Part shown: positions 48,201 to 57,182 of the stretch, one piece after another
How positions within the stretch are numbered: the first letter of the stretch is position 1
How the letters are laid out: each line of letters begins with the position of its first letter
Virus record (IMG/VR): IMGVR_UViG_3300046787_000408
Coordinates: 1 to 64,000 of that record
Strand: one strand, 5' to 3'
Length of the DNA stretch: 64,000 nucleotides
Notes under the pieces: model-generated
What the model was told of the DNA's origin: nothing
Seen by the model: only the letters and a program-made list of their open reading frames with translations
Databases searched by the model: none
Program-made: the position numbers and the translations under genes

Positions 48201-51200
48201 TGAGTCTGAGTGGTAACGTTGTAAGTGCATTGGTTTCAGCAGCCAATATTACAACCACAGCCAATATCTCAGGTGGATACATTTTAGGTAACGGCGCTTT
48301 CTTGACAGGTGTTGCTGCAAGTTACGGTAACTCAAATGTTGCTGCATACTTGCCTACATACACAGGTAACTTGGTTGCATTGCAAGGCAACGTAACAACC
48401 ACAGCCAACGTCCAGGCCAATTACTTTATTGGTAATGGTGCTGCACTTACAGGAATTGTTGCATCAGCTGGCGCTGCTATCACTAACGGAACATCTAATG
48501 TAACAGTGGCAGCAAGCGGCAACACCACAGTTGGTGTAGCTGGTACCACAATTGGTACATTCCATCCAGGCGGCGCAACTGTTGCTGGTAACTTGTTGGC
48601 AGGTAACCTAACAGGTACGTTTGTAACTGGTACATTGACCACTGCAAGTCAGCCAAATATCACCACAATTGGTACTCTAGGTAGTTTGGCAGTAACTGGC
48701 AACGTTGCCGGTGGCAACATCAGCACAGGTGGATTGATCACAGCAACCGGTAATATTAATGGTGCTAACATCACAACTGGTGGAGTAGTAACTGCAACTG
48801 GTAACGTTCGTGGTGGTAATATCAATACCGATGGAGTGCTTAGTTCAACTGGTGGAGTAAACACCATTGGTAACATCACTGGTGGCAACTTAATTACATC
48901 AGGCACAGTAAGCGCAACTGGCAATATCTCTGGTGGCAACGTCAATACTGGTGCATTGAGCTTGAGTGGCAACGTACTGAGTGCAATCAATACTACCAGC
49001 GCAATTACTACTACAGCCAATATCACTGGTGGTAACATCAATACCACTGGGCTTGCAGCGTCTGGCAACGTAAGTGCAACTGGCACTGTTACTGCGGCAG
49101 ACCTCAGCGCAACTGGAAATGTACAAGCCACCTACTTTAATGGCACAGGAATTAGTTTAAGTGGAAATGTAATATCTCCATTGAATGTAACTGGTAACGT
49201 AACAGCATCCTACTACTTTGGTAATGGTAGCCAGCTTACAGGTGTTGTTGCAACTGGAATTGGCACACTGGCTTCATTGAGTGTAACTGGTAACACTGTA
49301 TCTGGAAACTTGATCACTGGTGGATTGATCACTGCAACTGGCGGGATCACAACCAATGCAGCAGTAGTTGCGGCTAGTCTGAGCACAACTGGTAACGTGG
49401 TTATTGGTGGCGACTTAGCAGTTAATGGCAACATCAGTTACATAAACGTCTCTACTCTAGCAATTGAAGATCCAATTATTGAAATGGGCCGTGGCCCTAA
49501 CAATGCACCATTGGTAGCCAACGACGGCAAGGATCGAGGTCTTGATCTTTGGTATTATGACTCAACAGAAAAACAAGCCTTTGTTGGATTGGACACTCTA
49601 AACGACAAGCTGTTTGCGGCTGTTGACGTTAGTGTTGCTAACGAAGTGGTCACTGTTAATTCATACGGAACATTTGTAGTTGGTGACCTAGAAAGCACTT
49701 CAGTTGCGACCGCAACAATTTCAGCTACAGGCAACGTTACTGGTGGTAACTTGTTTACAGGTGGCTATATTGACGCTACTGGTAACATCAGTACCACTGC
49801 CAATATTGCAGGCGGTAACTTGATTGTGGGACCAGTGTACTCTAGTGGAAATGTAAACGCTGCAAACGTTAATGCGTCTGGTACAATTTCTGCGGCAAGT
49901 GCAACACTGACTGGTACAGTAACTGGTGGCAACATTGCTACAGGTGGTACTGTAAGTGCAAGCGGAAACATCACTGGCGGCAATGTTAATACTGCAACTG
50001 TGGCAGCTACCACAGTTAGTGCAACAGGTAACGTTACAGGTGGTAACGTTAATACCACTGTATTGTACACCACTACAATTTCTGCTGCTGGCAACATCAT
50101 TGGCGGCAACGTAAATGCAACTGGCCTAAGCCTAAGCGGAAATGTGGTAAGTGCTTTAAACGTAACTGGCACTGTAACTGGCGGCACTGTAAATTCAGCA
50201 GGCGCCGTAAGCGCTGTTGGTAACGTCACTGGTGGTAACATCAACACCACTGGCATAGTGTCTGCACAAGGCAGCATTGTTAGCGCAGCAAACGTTACCG
50301 GCGCAAACATTACTACATTGGGATTGATCAGTGCATTTGGTAACATTACAGGTGGAAACCTAAGTGGTGTCAGCATTGAAGGTACTTTGCTGACAGCAAG
50401 CCAAACCAATATTACCGCAGTTGGTACACTAGCATCACTTGCAGTAACCGGTAACGTTGGTGCTGGCAATGTAAACGCAACTGGCCTAAGCCTAAGCGGA
50501 AATGTATTGAGTGCAATCAATACCACCAGCGCAATTACTACCACAGCCAATATCACTAGTGGTAACCTTGCTACTACCGCAATACAAGCAGCTACTGTAA
50601 GCCTAAGTGGTAACATTGTTTCTGCATTGAATGTAACTGGCAATGTAACAGCACCGTTCTTTATTGGTAACGGAAGTCAATTAACTGGCGTAGTAGCAAC
50701 TGGTATTGGTACTCTGGCTTCGTTGAGTGTAACTGGTAACACTGTATCTGGTAATCTTGAAACAGGTGGCGTAGTCACAGCAACCGGCAACATCATTGGT
50801 GGCAATTTGATCACTGGTGGATTTGTAACTGCGGTTGGCAACGTAAACGGTGCCAATATTGGCACAGCAGGCCTAATTACTGCCACAGGAAACATCACAA
50901 GCTCTGCTAACATTGCTGGTGGCAATATTGGCGCTACAGGCATAATCAGCGCAGTAGGTACTATAACAGGCGGCAACGTGTCCACAGGCGGTTTTGTGTT
51001 TGCTCTTGGTAACGTTGAAGGTGGTAACGTTAATACTGGAGGAGTAAACGCAGCCACAGTTAGTGCTACTGGTACAATAACAGGTGGCAACTTGGCCACA
51101 GGCGGAACAGTTAGTGCTACAGGCAACATCACTGGTGGCAATGTTAGTACAGGGCTGATTACAGCTACTGGCAACATCACAAGCTCTGCTAACATTGCTG

Positions 51201-52615
51201 GTGGAAACATCAGTACAGCAGGTCGACTAACAGTAACTGGCAACATTGCAGGCAACAACATTTCAGCAATTGGACTGGTTTCTACCAAAGACATTAGTGC
51301 AAGTGGTAACATCAACGTTGATGGCACCGTTGACATTGTTGGTAATACCACAGTAACTGCTGACTTTACGGCTGGCAACTTGAACTCTGGTGGCATTGCA
51401 CTTGTAACTGGCAACGTAATTGGTGGCAACTTGATCACTGGTGGGTTTGTTTTTGCAAGCGGCAACGTTAGCGGTAGCAACATCAATGGTACAAATGTAT
51501 ATTCAACTGGTGTTGTAAGCTCTACTGGTAACATTACTGGTGGCAACTTGATTACCGCAGGACTAATTAGTGCTGCTGGCAACATCATTGCCAACAATAT
51601 TGTTGGTACATTGGTAATGTCAACTGCTAACACCCAAGTGGCATTCAATGACAATGGTATTGTTGGTGGCACCGCAGGATTTGTATTTGATAAAGTGGGC
51701 AATGTGTTCACAGTTGGCGGCCCAATCAGCACAGCCAATGGTGGCAATATTACTGCTGCTGGGGCACTGAGTGCAACTGGTAATATCACAACCAATACTG
51801 GCAACATCACTGGTGGTAACATCGCTACTGCTGGTACAGTTACTGCTACAGGCAACATTACTGGTGGCAACATTGACACCAGTGGCGAACTCACAGTTGG
51901 TGGCAACATTGTAGCAAGTCAAGACATTACTGGCTTGAATTTGAACGCTAGCGGATATGCTCTGGTTACAGGCAACATCATTGGTGGCAATTTGATCACT
52001 GGTGGATACGTGTTGTCAACAGGATCTGTAACTGGTGGTAATTTGTTAACTGGTGGCAGAGTTAGTGCAACAGGTAACATTACCGGCGGTAACTTGATCA
52101 GTTCAACACTAAGCTTGTCTGGTAACGTACTAGGTAACCTCAATATTGACGGTGGTGCTACAGGCGCATTCTTCAACAGTACTGGTGCAGTAAGTGCTGT
52201 GGGTAATGTCAACAGCGGCAACTTGCAAGTGACTGGAACAGGTACCGTAGCTACCTTGGTAGTGACATCAACTCACAGTGTGACTGGCAACATCACTGGT
52301 GGTAACGTCAACACTGGTGGATTGGTATCTGCTACTGGCAACGTTAACGGTGGTAACGTCAACGCAGGCGGCATAGTTAGTTCAGTTGGCAACGTAATAG
52401 CTACTGGTAATGTTACTGGTGGCAACGTCACAACCGGAGGCATAGTAACTTCTACAGGTAATGTTCGCGGTGGTAACATCACAACAGGTGGTCAGGTAAG
52501 CGCAACTGGTAACATTACCGGCGCTAACTTGGCAGTTTCGGGAGTGATAAATATCAATAACCAGAGAGCTGCAACAGTAGATGACGCAATTGCGTTGTCA
52601 ATAGCATTAGGATAA
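45224..52615 (+). CDS. Giant fibre protein (2463 aa), G/N/T/A/V/I/S repeats
   Basis: Dense SATGNITGGN repeats punctuated by GNG(A/S)xLTG; several internally duplicated modules. Confidence 0.85.
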   Translation: MAIELDGTTGISASGNIQAANITASGNVTATYFVGNGAALTGIVASAGAAITNGTSNVSIGGSGANVTVSVDGIGNVAVFSKTDLTISGNLLPTGNVSKNIGSATNAFNDLFLANGTIYLGNATISANATSIILTNESGQTTVLTGSGTVTPYGNSNVATLLAGFGSNTISTTGNVTAGFFLGDGSQLTNLPSGNYSNANVAAYLPTYTGNLVALQGNVTTTANISASYVLGNGAFLTGISGGGTPTSIVNGTSNVVAASSGNVTVGVAGTGVATFATTGEYVTGVISASGNITSGANVSGNYILGNGAFLTGVASSYGNADVSSYLASGTDTANIVTTGNVTGGNVTTAGLISATGNITGGNLNATGLSLSGNVVSAINTTANITTTANIAGGNIQGTTGDILNVTSTNLTVTNISAPSSGNIVNIGAGGNNNLVVSNVLVQVQNVPLSVNGNVVGGNLTTAGQVSATGNISAANVVVTPGVGTLVLGRATATGSPGLSSTTSLTFTANRAGTASSMELSDNGVLSVPGNIYTAANVSGGNLITTGNVNAAWASLGNVGNIAVLAANALFQITANAASNTAPYWTFNTDGTMYVPGNISGDNGGALIIDGNGLGEGIISLPATAFGGEQIAIINQFSLGNGIRLQTNGGNWHFSDAGSLTTPGNVTATGILSATGNIITTANISGGNLSVTGAFAPASVAATGNVAGGNLTTQGIVSAVGNIVTDGYFVGNFAGNITGNIVVPGANTQILFNTNGNADAVGGLTYNKDSNVFAVLGNVSAQGNVIAGNVSTVGNISAGNISVTSAVAGATVSASGNVTGGNINTAGLISATGNIIGGNLSGTNIVGTLTTAAQTNITSVGTLGSLAVTGNISGGNLSGTSIVGTLTTAAQTNITSVGTLGSLAVTGNIGGGNLNATGLSLSGNVVSAINTTANITTTANISGNFILGNGSQLTGLPATYGNANVAANLAAFGSNPILTTGNITGGNLNATGLSLSGNVVSALVSAANITTTANISGGYILGNGAFLTGVAASYGNSNVAAYLPTYTGNLVALQGNVTTTANVQANYFIGNGAALTGIVASAGAAITNGTSNVTVAASGNTTVGVAGTTIGTFHPGGATVAGNLLAGNLTGTFVTGTLTTASQPNITTIGTLGSLAVTGNVAGGNISTGGLITATGNINGANITTGGVVTATGNVRGGNINTDGVLSSTGGVNTIGNITGGNLITSGTVSATGNISGGNVNTGALSLSGNVLSAINTTSAITTTANITGGNINTTGLAASGNVSATGTVTAADLSATGNVQATYFNGTGISLSGNVISPLNVTGNVTASYYFGNGSQLTGVVATGIGTLASLSVTGNTVSGNLITGGLITATGGITTNAAVVAASLSTTGNVVIGGDLAVNGNISYINVSTLAIEDPIIEMGRGPNNAPLVANDGKDRGLDLWYYDSTEKQAFVGLDTLNDKLFAAVDVSVANEVVTVNSYGTFVVGDLESTSVATATISATGNVTGGNLFTGGYIDATGNISTTANIAGGNLIVGPVYSSGNVNAANVNASGTISAASATLTGTVTGGNIATGGTVSASGNITGGNVNTATVAATTVSATGNVTGGNVNTTVLYTTTISAAGNIIGGNVNATGLSLSGNVVSALNVTGTVTGGTVNSAGAVSAVGNVTGGNINTTGIVSAQGSIVSAANVTGANITTLGLISAFGNITGGNLSGVSIEGTLLTASQTNITAVGTLASLAVTGNVGAGNVNATGLSLSGNVLSAINTTSAITTTANITSGNLATTAIQAATVSLSGNIVSALNVTGNVTAPFFIGNGSQLTGVVATGIGTLASLSVTGNTVSGNLETGGVVTATGNIIGGNLITGGFVTAVGNVNGANIGTAGLITATGNITSSANIAGGNIGATGIISAVGTITGGNVSTGGFVFALGNVEGGNVNTGGVNAATVSATGTITGGNLATGGTVSATGNITGGNVSTGLITATGNITSSANIAGGNISTAGRLTVTGNIAGNNISAIGLVSTKDISASGNINVDGTVDIVGNTTVTADFTAGNLNSGGIALVTGNVIGGNLITGGFVFASGNVSGSNINGTNVYSTGVVSSTGNITGGNLITAGLISAAGNIIANNIVGTLVMSTANTQVAFNDNGIVGGTAGFVFDKVGNVFTVGGPISTANGGNITAAGALSATGNITTNTGNITGGNIATAGTVTATGNITGGNIDTSGELTVGGNIVASQDITGLNLNASGYALVTGNIIGGNLITGGYVLSTGSVTGGNLLTGGRVSATGNITGGNLISSTLSLSGNVLGNLNIDGGATGAFFNSTGAVSAVGNVNSGNLQVTGTGTVATLVVTSTHSVTGNITGGNVNTGGLVSATGNVNGGNVNAGGIVSSVGNVIATGNVTGGNVTTGGIVTSTGNVRGGNITTGGQVSATGNITGANLAVSGVININNQRAATVDDAIALSIALG

Positions 52616-52621
52616 AACGAA

Positions 52622-52954
52622 ATGGCAAACACTTTTACAAGAAAACTGAGTCAAAACATCGGAACTTCGGCAATTGATGTTGGAGGCTACACAGTAGCAG
52701 CCAACACCACAGTTGTGGTTGTGGGATTGACTATCACAAACAAAACCGGAAGCTCTATAGCAGCCAACGTTTTTATCAGCGATGGAGCAGCTAACACTTA
52801 TGTCACTGCAAACGCTCCAATTTCTTCAGGATCAAGCTTGGTTGCAGTAGGTGGCGATCAAAAGGTTGTGCTATTAACTGGAGACAAAATCTACGTTCAA
52901 AGCAGTGCAGCCAGCTCGTTGGATGCAGTCCTAAGTATTCTGGAAATTACATAA
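52622..52954 (+). CDS. Small beta-rich fibre-associated protein
   Basis: 110 aa between fibre genes; MANTF...KVVLLTGDKIYV...LSILEIT. Confidence 0.7.
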   Translation: MANTFTRKLSQNIGTSAIDVGGYTVAANTTVVVVGLTITNKTGSSIAANVFISDGAANTYVTANAPISSGSSLVAVGGDQKVVLLTGDKIYVQSSAASSLDAVLSILEIT

Positions 52955-52955
52955 T

Positions 52956-55900
52956 ATGAGTTATATCGGTCTCAACCCAAATGTACCACTACTGAACGCT
53001 AGCACTGAGCAGTTTAGTGGCAATGGTTCGTCACAACAGTTTACGCTAAGTCGTAACGTTGCTTCGGCTAGTGATCTGGATGTGTTGATCAACAACACAG
53101 CCCAACGTCCCGGGACCGATTACGATGCAGAAGGTACTACACTATTATTCACAGTTGCACCCGGTGCTGGTGTCAACAATATCACTGTTACTTTCCGTGG
53201 CGGCGCATTAAACACATTAGACCTGCAAGCAACTGCATTTCCTGCAGGAACTGAAGGTGCACCAGGAGTGTACAGTTTAGCAGCCAACAACTCAGGTTTG
53301 TATTGGGGTAATGCAACATCAATGGCAGTGACCATTGCTGGAGTAGACAAAGCTACATTCAATTCCAATTCTGCTAGTACCAGTAACGTTACTGGCGCAT
53401 TAACACTCAACGGTGGCCTAGGTGTAAGTGGCAACATTAACTCTAGTGGACAACTTCGAGTAACAGATACCACACAAAGTGGCAATATCAGTACTGGTGC
53501 TGTGACTATTGCTGGCGGACTTGGCGTTACAGCCAACGTCAACGTAGGTGGCAACATTGTGGTAGTAGGGGACTTTACTGTAAATGGAACATTTACAACC
53601 ACTGGTACTGACAGCCTGGACGTTACAGATCCTTTTATCTTTTTGGCCAACAACAATCCTGGCGACACATTTGATACTGGTATTGTTGCTCAATATTTTG
53701 ACGGTGCTAACACACGTTACACTGGTTATTTTCGAGACGTAACTGATGGGCAATACAAGTTTTTTGGAAACTTGTTAACAGAGCCTACTACCACAGTAGA
53801 TACTAACGCTGCAAGTTTTGCATATGCCAACGTGGTAGGCGGAAACTTGCAAGCTATTGGCAATGTAACTGGAACTTATTTTATTGGTAATGGAAGTCAG
53901 TTAACTGGTATTTCAGTTGACACAACTCAAATTGCCAACAGCAATTCCAAAGTGGTTATTGCTAGTCCTAACGGCAGCATTGTATCCAACGTCAACAACA
54001 TCACAGTTGGTGTTGTTAGCTCTACTGGTCTAGCAGTTACTGGAGTAGTAACTGCGTCAGCTAATATCAGCGCAACTGGAAACGTCTTGGGTGCAAATGT
54101 GCAAACTGGAGGTTTGATAACAGCAACTGGTAATATCACCAGCGCTGCTAATATCGCTGGCGGCAACATCAGCTCGGGCGCACAAGTCAGCGCAGTAGGC
54201 AACATCACTGGTGGTAATGTTATCACTGGAGGATTGGTTACAGCAACTGGAAACATTCAAGGTGCTAACCTTCGTAGCGGTGGATCAGTTATTGCAGCTG
54301 GAGACATTCAAGCCGGTGGAGACCTAAGCGGCGATAACATCTTAACTGGCGGAACTATCAGTGCAACCGGCAACATTACCGGTGGCAACATTGATACAGC
54401 TAGATTGGTAGCTAATTCAACTATATCGGCTACAGGAACCATTACTGGTGGCAACATTGCTACAGGTGGCACAGTTAGTGCTGTGGGCAATATCACTGGT
54501 AACTACATTTTAGGTAATGGATCATTGCTGTCTGGTTTAAGCACCAGCAGTATCAGCAATGGAACATCCAACGTTAGAGTTATTGCCAACGCCAACGTTA
54601 CTATTCAAGTCAATAGCACAGCCAACGTTTTGGTTGCTGCTACCGACGGTGTTTATGTAACTGGTGATGTTAGTGCTACAGGTAACGTAACTGGTGGCAA
54701 CATTATTACATCAGGCTCAGGCGGAAACATTACTGGTGCCAACGTTATTACAGCCAGCACATTGAGTGCTACTAGTGGTGTTAACGCAACTGGCAACATC
54801 ACCGGTGGTAATTTGATTACTGGTGGCCTAGTTACTGCTACAGGAAATATCCGAGGTGGTAACATAGTTACAGGCGGATTGGTTAGTGCAGTTGGTGCAG
54901 TTAATGCAGCTAGCTTGGCTCTAACTGGTGCTATTACAGGAGCAACCACAATCAGTGCCAGCGGCACAGTTACAGGTGGTAATCTAGCAACTACTGGATC
55001 AATCACTGGTGGTGGTATAATCAGCACCACAGGCAACGTCACAGGCGGTAATTTTATCACAGCTGGACTGATTACAGCAACTGGCAATATTTCTGCAACT
55101 GCCAACGTCAGTGGCGGAAATATTTTATCTGGTGCAGCAATCAATGGTGCAAGTCTAAGTGTAAGCGGCAACATCTCTGCAAACAATGCATCGTTTACCA
55201 ATATTGTCACAGCAGCCAATGCCGCAGCAGACACCAATACAAATCAAGTTGCTACTACAGCATATGTAATTGGACAAGCCAGTGCAACGACTCCAACTTC
55301 AATTGGCACCAATACTGTTGGTACTAGTACTAGATATGCTCGTGCAGACCACACTCATACAGGCGTTGGTAGTTTAACCACATCTGGTACTGGTATCAGT
55401 GTTAATGCCACAACAGGTGCTATTACTCTGACTAGTAATGCAAACACTGCTAACTCAGCCAGTACATTAGTAGCACGTGACTCTGCTGGTAACTTTGCAG
55501 CCAACACAATTACAGCTACTTTGAGCGGCGCAGCCACTAGTGCTGGTACCGCTACCACAGCAGGTACTGTTACAGGTAACGCTCAGGCCAATATTACTAG
55601 TGTTGGTACACTGACCAGTTTGGCAGTTACTGGCAATATTACATCAGGTAATTTGAGTGGTACTAGCATTGTAGGTACATTAACCACAGCGTCACAGACC
55701 AATATTACAGCGGTAGGTACGTTGGGCAGTTTGGCGGTAACCGGCAATATCACATCAGGTAATTTGAGTGGTACTAGTATTGTAGGTACACTGACTACTG
55801 CGTCACAGACCAACATCACAGCAGTGGGTACATTAGGTAGCCTGGCAGTAACCGGCAATGCAAGTTCTGCAACAGCCGCAGCAGACACAAACACAACACA

Positions 55901-56777
55901 GTTAGCTACCACAGCGTTTGTGATAGGCCAAGCAAGTTCAACAACTCCTTCAGTAATTGGCGCTGCTGGTGTAGTAGGCACAAGTTTGCGTTATGCTAGA
56001 GCTGATCACACACACGAAGGTGTAACAAGTGTTGCAACTGGAACAGGTATCAGCACAAGTGCAGCAGACGGTGCAATCACATTAACTAACACAGGTGTTA
56101 CTAGTGTTGTGGCAGGTACCAACATTGCAGTCAGCGCCGCAACAGGTGCAGTTACAGTTAGCGTTACAGGTACTGTACCAACAGCAACATCGGCAACCAC
56201 AGCAGGTACTGTAACTACAGCGGCACAAGGCAACATTACATCAGTTGGTACGTTGACTAGCTTGGCTGTTAGCGGTGCAATCACAGTAAACTCAGGTGGG
56301 GCAGCAACTGCTATCGTCAACGGCACCTCAAGTGGTGTGGGCAACATTGGTAGTGCAGCCACTACGTTCAACACTGTTTTTGCCAAAGCAACTACAGCAC
56401 AGTATGCTGACTTGGCAGAAAATTATGCAGCAGATGCTGAATACGAACCAGGCACAGTGGTTGACTTTGGCGGTGCAGCCGAAGTTACTATGAGTCATGA
56501 ATCAGGAAGCACTAGAATTGCTGGTGTGGTTTCTACACAACCAGCTTACTTGATGAACAGTCACATGGAAGCTGAATATGTTGCAGCAGTGGCCTTGATG
56601 GGAAGAGTTCCAGTCAAAGTTACAGGACCAGTTCGCAAGGGCGACATGATGATATCAGACGGACACGGACGTGCAAAATCAGCTGTTCGACCAGAAATGG
56701 GCTCTGTAATTGGCAAAGCTCTAGAAAACTTTGATGGCGCTTATGGCGTGATCGAAGTTGTTATAGGTAAAATGTAA
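52956..56777 (+). CDS. Tail fibre-like protein (1273 aa) with a C-terminal chaperone-like domain
   Basis: MSYIG..P N-terminus, FSGNGSSQQFTL beta module, GNITGGN repeats, two YARADHTH motifs, ADLAENY... C-terminus paralogous to that of 41695-44499. Confidence 0.8.
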   Translation: MSYIGLNPNVPLLNASTEQFSGNGSSQQFTLSRNVASASDLDVLINNTAQRPGTDYDAEGTTLLFTVAPGAGVNNITVTFRGGALNTLDLQATAFPAGTEGAPGVYSLAANNSGLYWGNATSMAVTIAGVDKATFNSNSASTSNVTGALTLNGGLGVSGNINSSGQLRVTDTTQSGNISTGAVTIAGGLGVTANVNVGGNIVVVGDFTVNGTFTTTGTDSLDVTDPFIFLANNNPGDTFDTGIVAQYFDGANTRYTGYFRDVTDGQYKFFGNLLTEPTTTVDTNAASFAYANVVGGNLQAIGNVTGTYFIGNGSQLTGISVDTTQIANSNSKVVIASPNGSIVSNVNNITVGVVSSTGLAVTGVVTASANISATGNVLGANVQTGGLITATGNITSAANIAGGNISSGAQVSAVGNITGGNVITGGLVTATGNIQGANLRSGGSVIAAGDIQAGGDLSGDNILTGGTISATGNITGGNIDTARLVANSTISATGTITGGNIATGGTVSAVGNITGNYILGNGSLLSGLSTSSISNGTSNVRVIANANVTIQVNSTANVLVAATDGVYVTGDVSATGNVTGGNIITSGSGGNITGANVITASTLSATSGVNATGNITGGNLITGGLVTATGNIRGGNIVTGGLVSAVGAVNAASLALTGAITGATTISASGTVTGGNLATTGSITGGGIISTTGNVTGGNFITAGLITATGNISATANVSGGNILSGAAINGASLSVSGNISANNASFTNIVTAANAAADTNTNQVATTAYVIGQASATTPTSIGTNTVGTSTRYARADHTHTGVGSLTTSGTGISVNATTGAITLTSNANTANSASTLVARDSAGNFAANTITATLSGAATSAGTATTAGTVTGNAQANITSVGTLTSLAVTGNITSGNLSGTSIVGTLTTASQTNITAVGTLGSLAVTGNITSGNLSGTSIVGTLTTASQTNITAVGTLGSLAVTGNASSATAAADTNTTQLATTAFVIGQASSTTPSVIGAAGVVGTSLRYARADHTHEGVTSVATGTGISTSAADGAITLTNTGVTSVVAGTNIAVSAATGAVTVSVTGTVPTATSATTAGTVTTAAQGNITSVGTLTSLAVSGAITVNSGGAATAIVNGTSSGVGNIGSAATTFNTVFAKATTAQYADLAENYAADAEYEPGTVVDFGGAAEVTMSHESGSTRIAGVVSTQPAYLMNSHMEAEYVAAVALMGRVPVKVTGPVRKGDMMISDGHGRAKSAVRPEMGSVIGKALENFDGAYGVIEVVIGKM
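55632..55853 (+). repeat. Tandem 111 bp (37 aa) coding repeat
   Basis: GNITSGNLSGTSIVGTLTTASQTNITAVGTLGSLAVT occurs twice with synonymous differences; a near-identical unit occurs twice at about 47730-47950. Confidence 0.8.
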
Positions 56778-56786
56778 GGATACAAA

Positions 56787-57179
56787 ATGGCCTACTTAGG
56801 TAATACGCCACAGATTGGACAATATAGAAAAATGGACTCCCTGACGTTTGACGGGAGTACTACAAGTTTTCCGATTGAAGTCAGTGGCACAGCATTTACG
56901 CCGCCCACAGTTTTTGCGATGATGGTAAGTCTCAATAATGTTGTACTGAATCCAGGAGTGGATTTTAGTATCAGTGGTCCTACAATTAGTTTTGTAACGC
57001 CACCAGCAGCATTTACCCCATTTTTTGCTTTGCTTTTTGGGGATACGCTATATACTGGCACGCCCAGCGACGGCACAGTTACTGATAGCAAAATTGCTGA
57101 TGGTACAATTAGTTACAACAAGTTCTCAACGAATACACAAGCAACGTTGACAGCTAATCAAATTATTTTTGGAGTTTAA
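56787..57179 (+). CDS. Small fibre-associated structural protein
   Basis: MAYLGNTP...FDGSTTSF...LNPGVDFSISG..ISFVTPP, the same module as the N-terminus of 52956-56777. Confidence 0.7.
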   Translation: MAYLGNTPQIGQYRKMDSLTFDGSTTSFPIEVSGTAFTPPTVFAMMVSLNNVVLNPGVDFSISGPTISFVTPPAAFTPFFALLFGDTLYTGTPSDGTVTDSKIADGTISYNKFSTNTQATLTANQIIFGV

Positions 57180-57182
57180 GAA

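Noticed and set aside
41733-56386. Many long antisense ORFs (up to 410 aa, MLPPVTLPVA...) opposite the fibre genes
   Set aside because: They are shadow frames of the repetitive G/N/T coding strand, which yields few antisense stops; no promoters or RBS seen.
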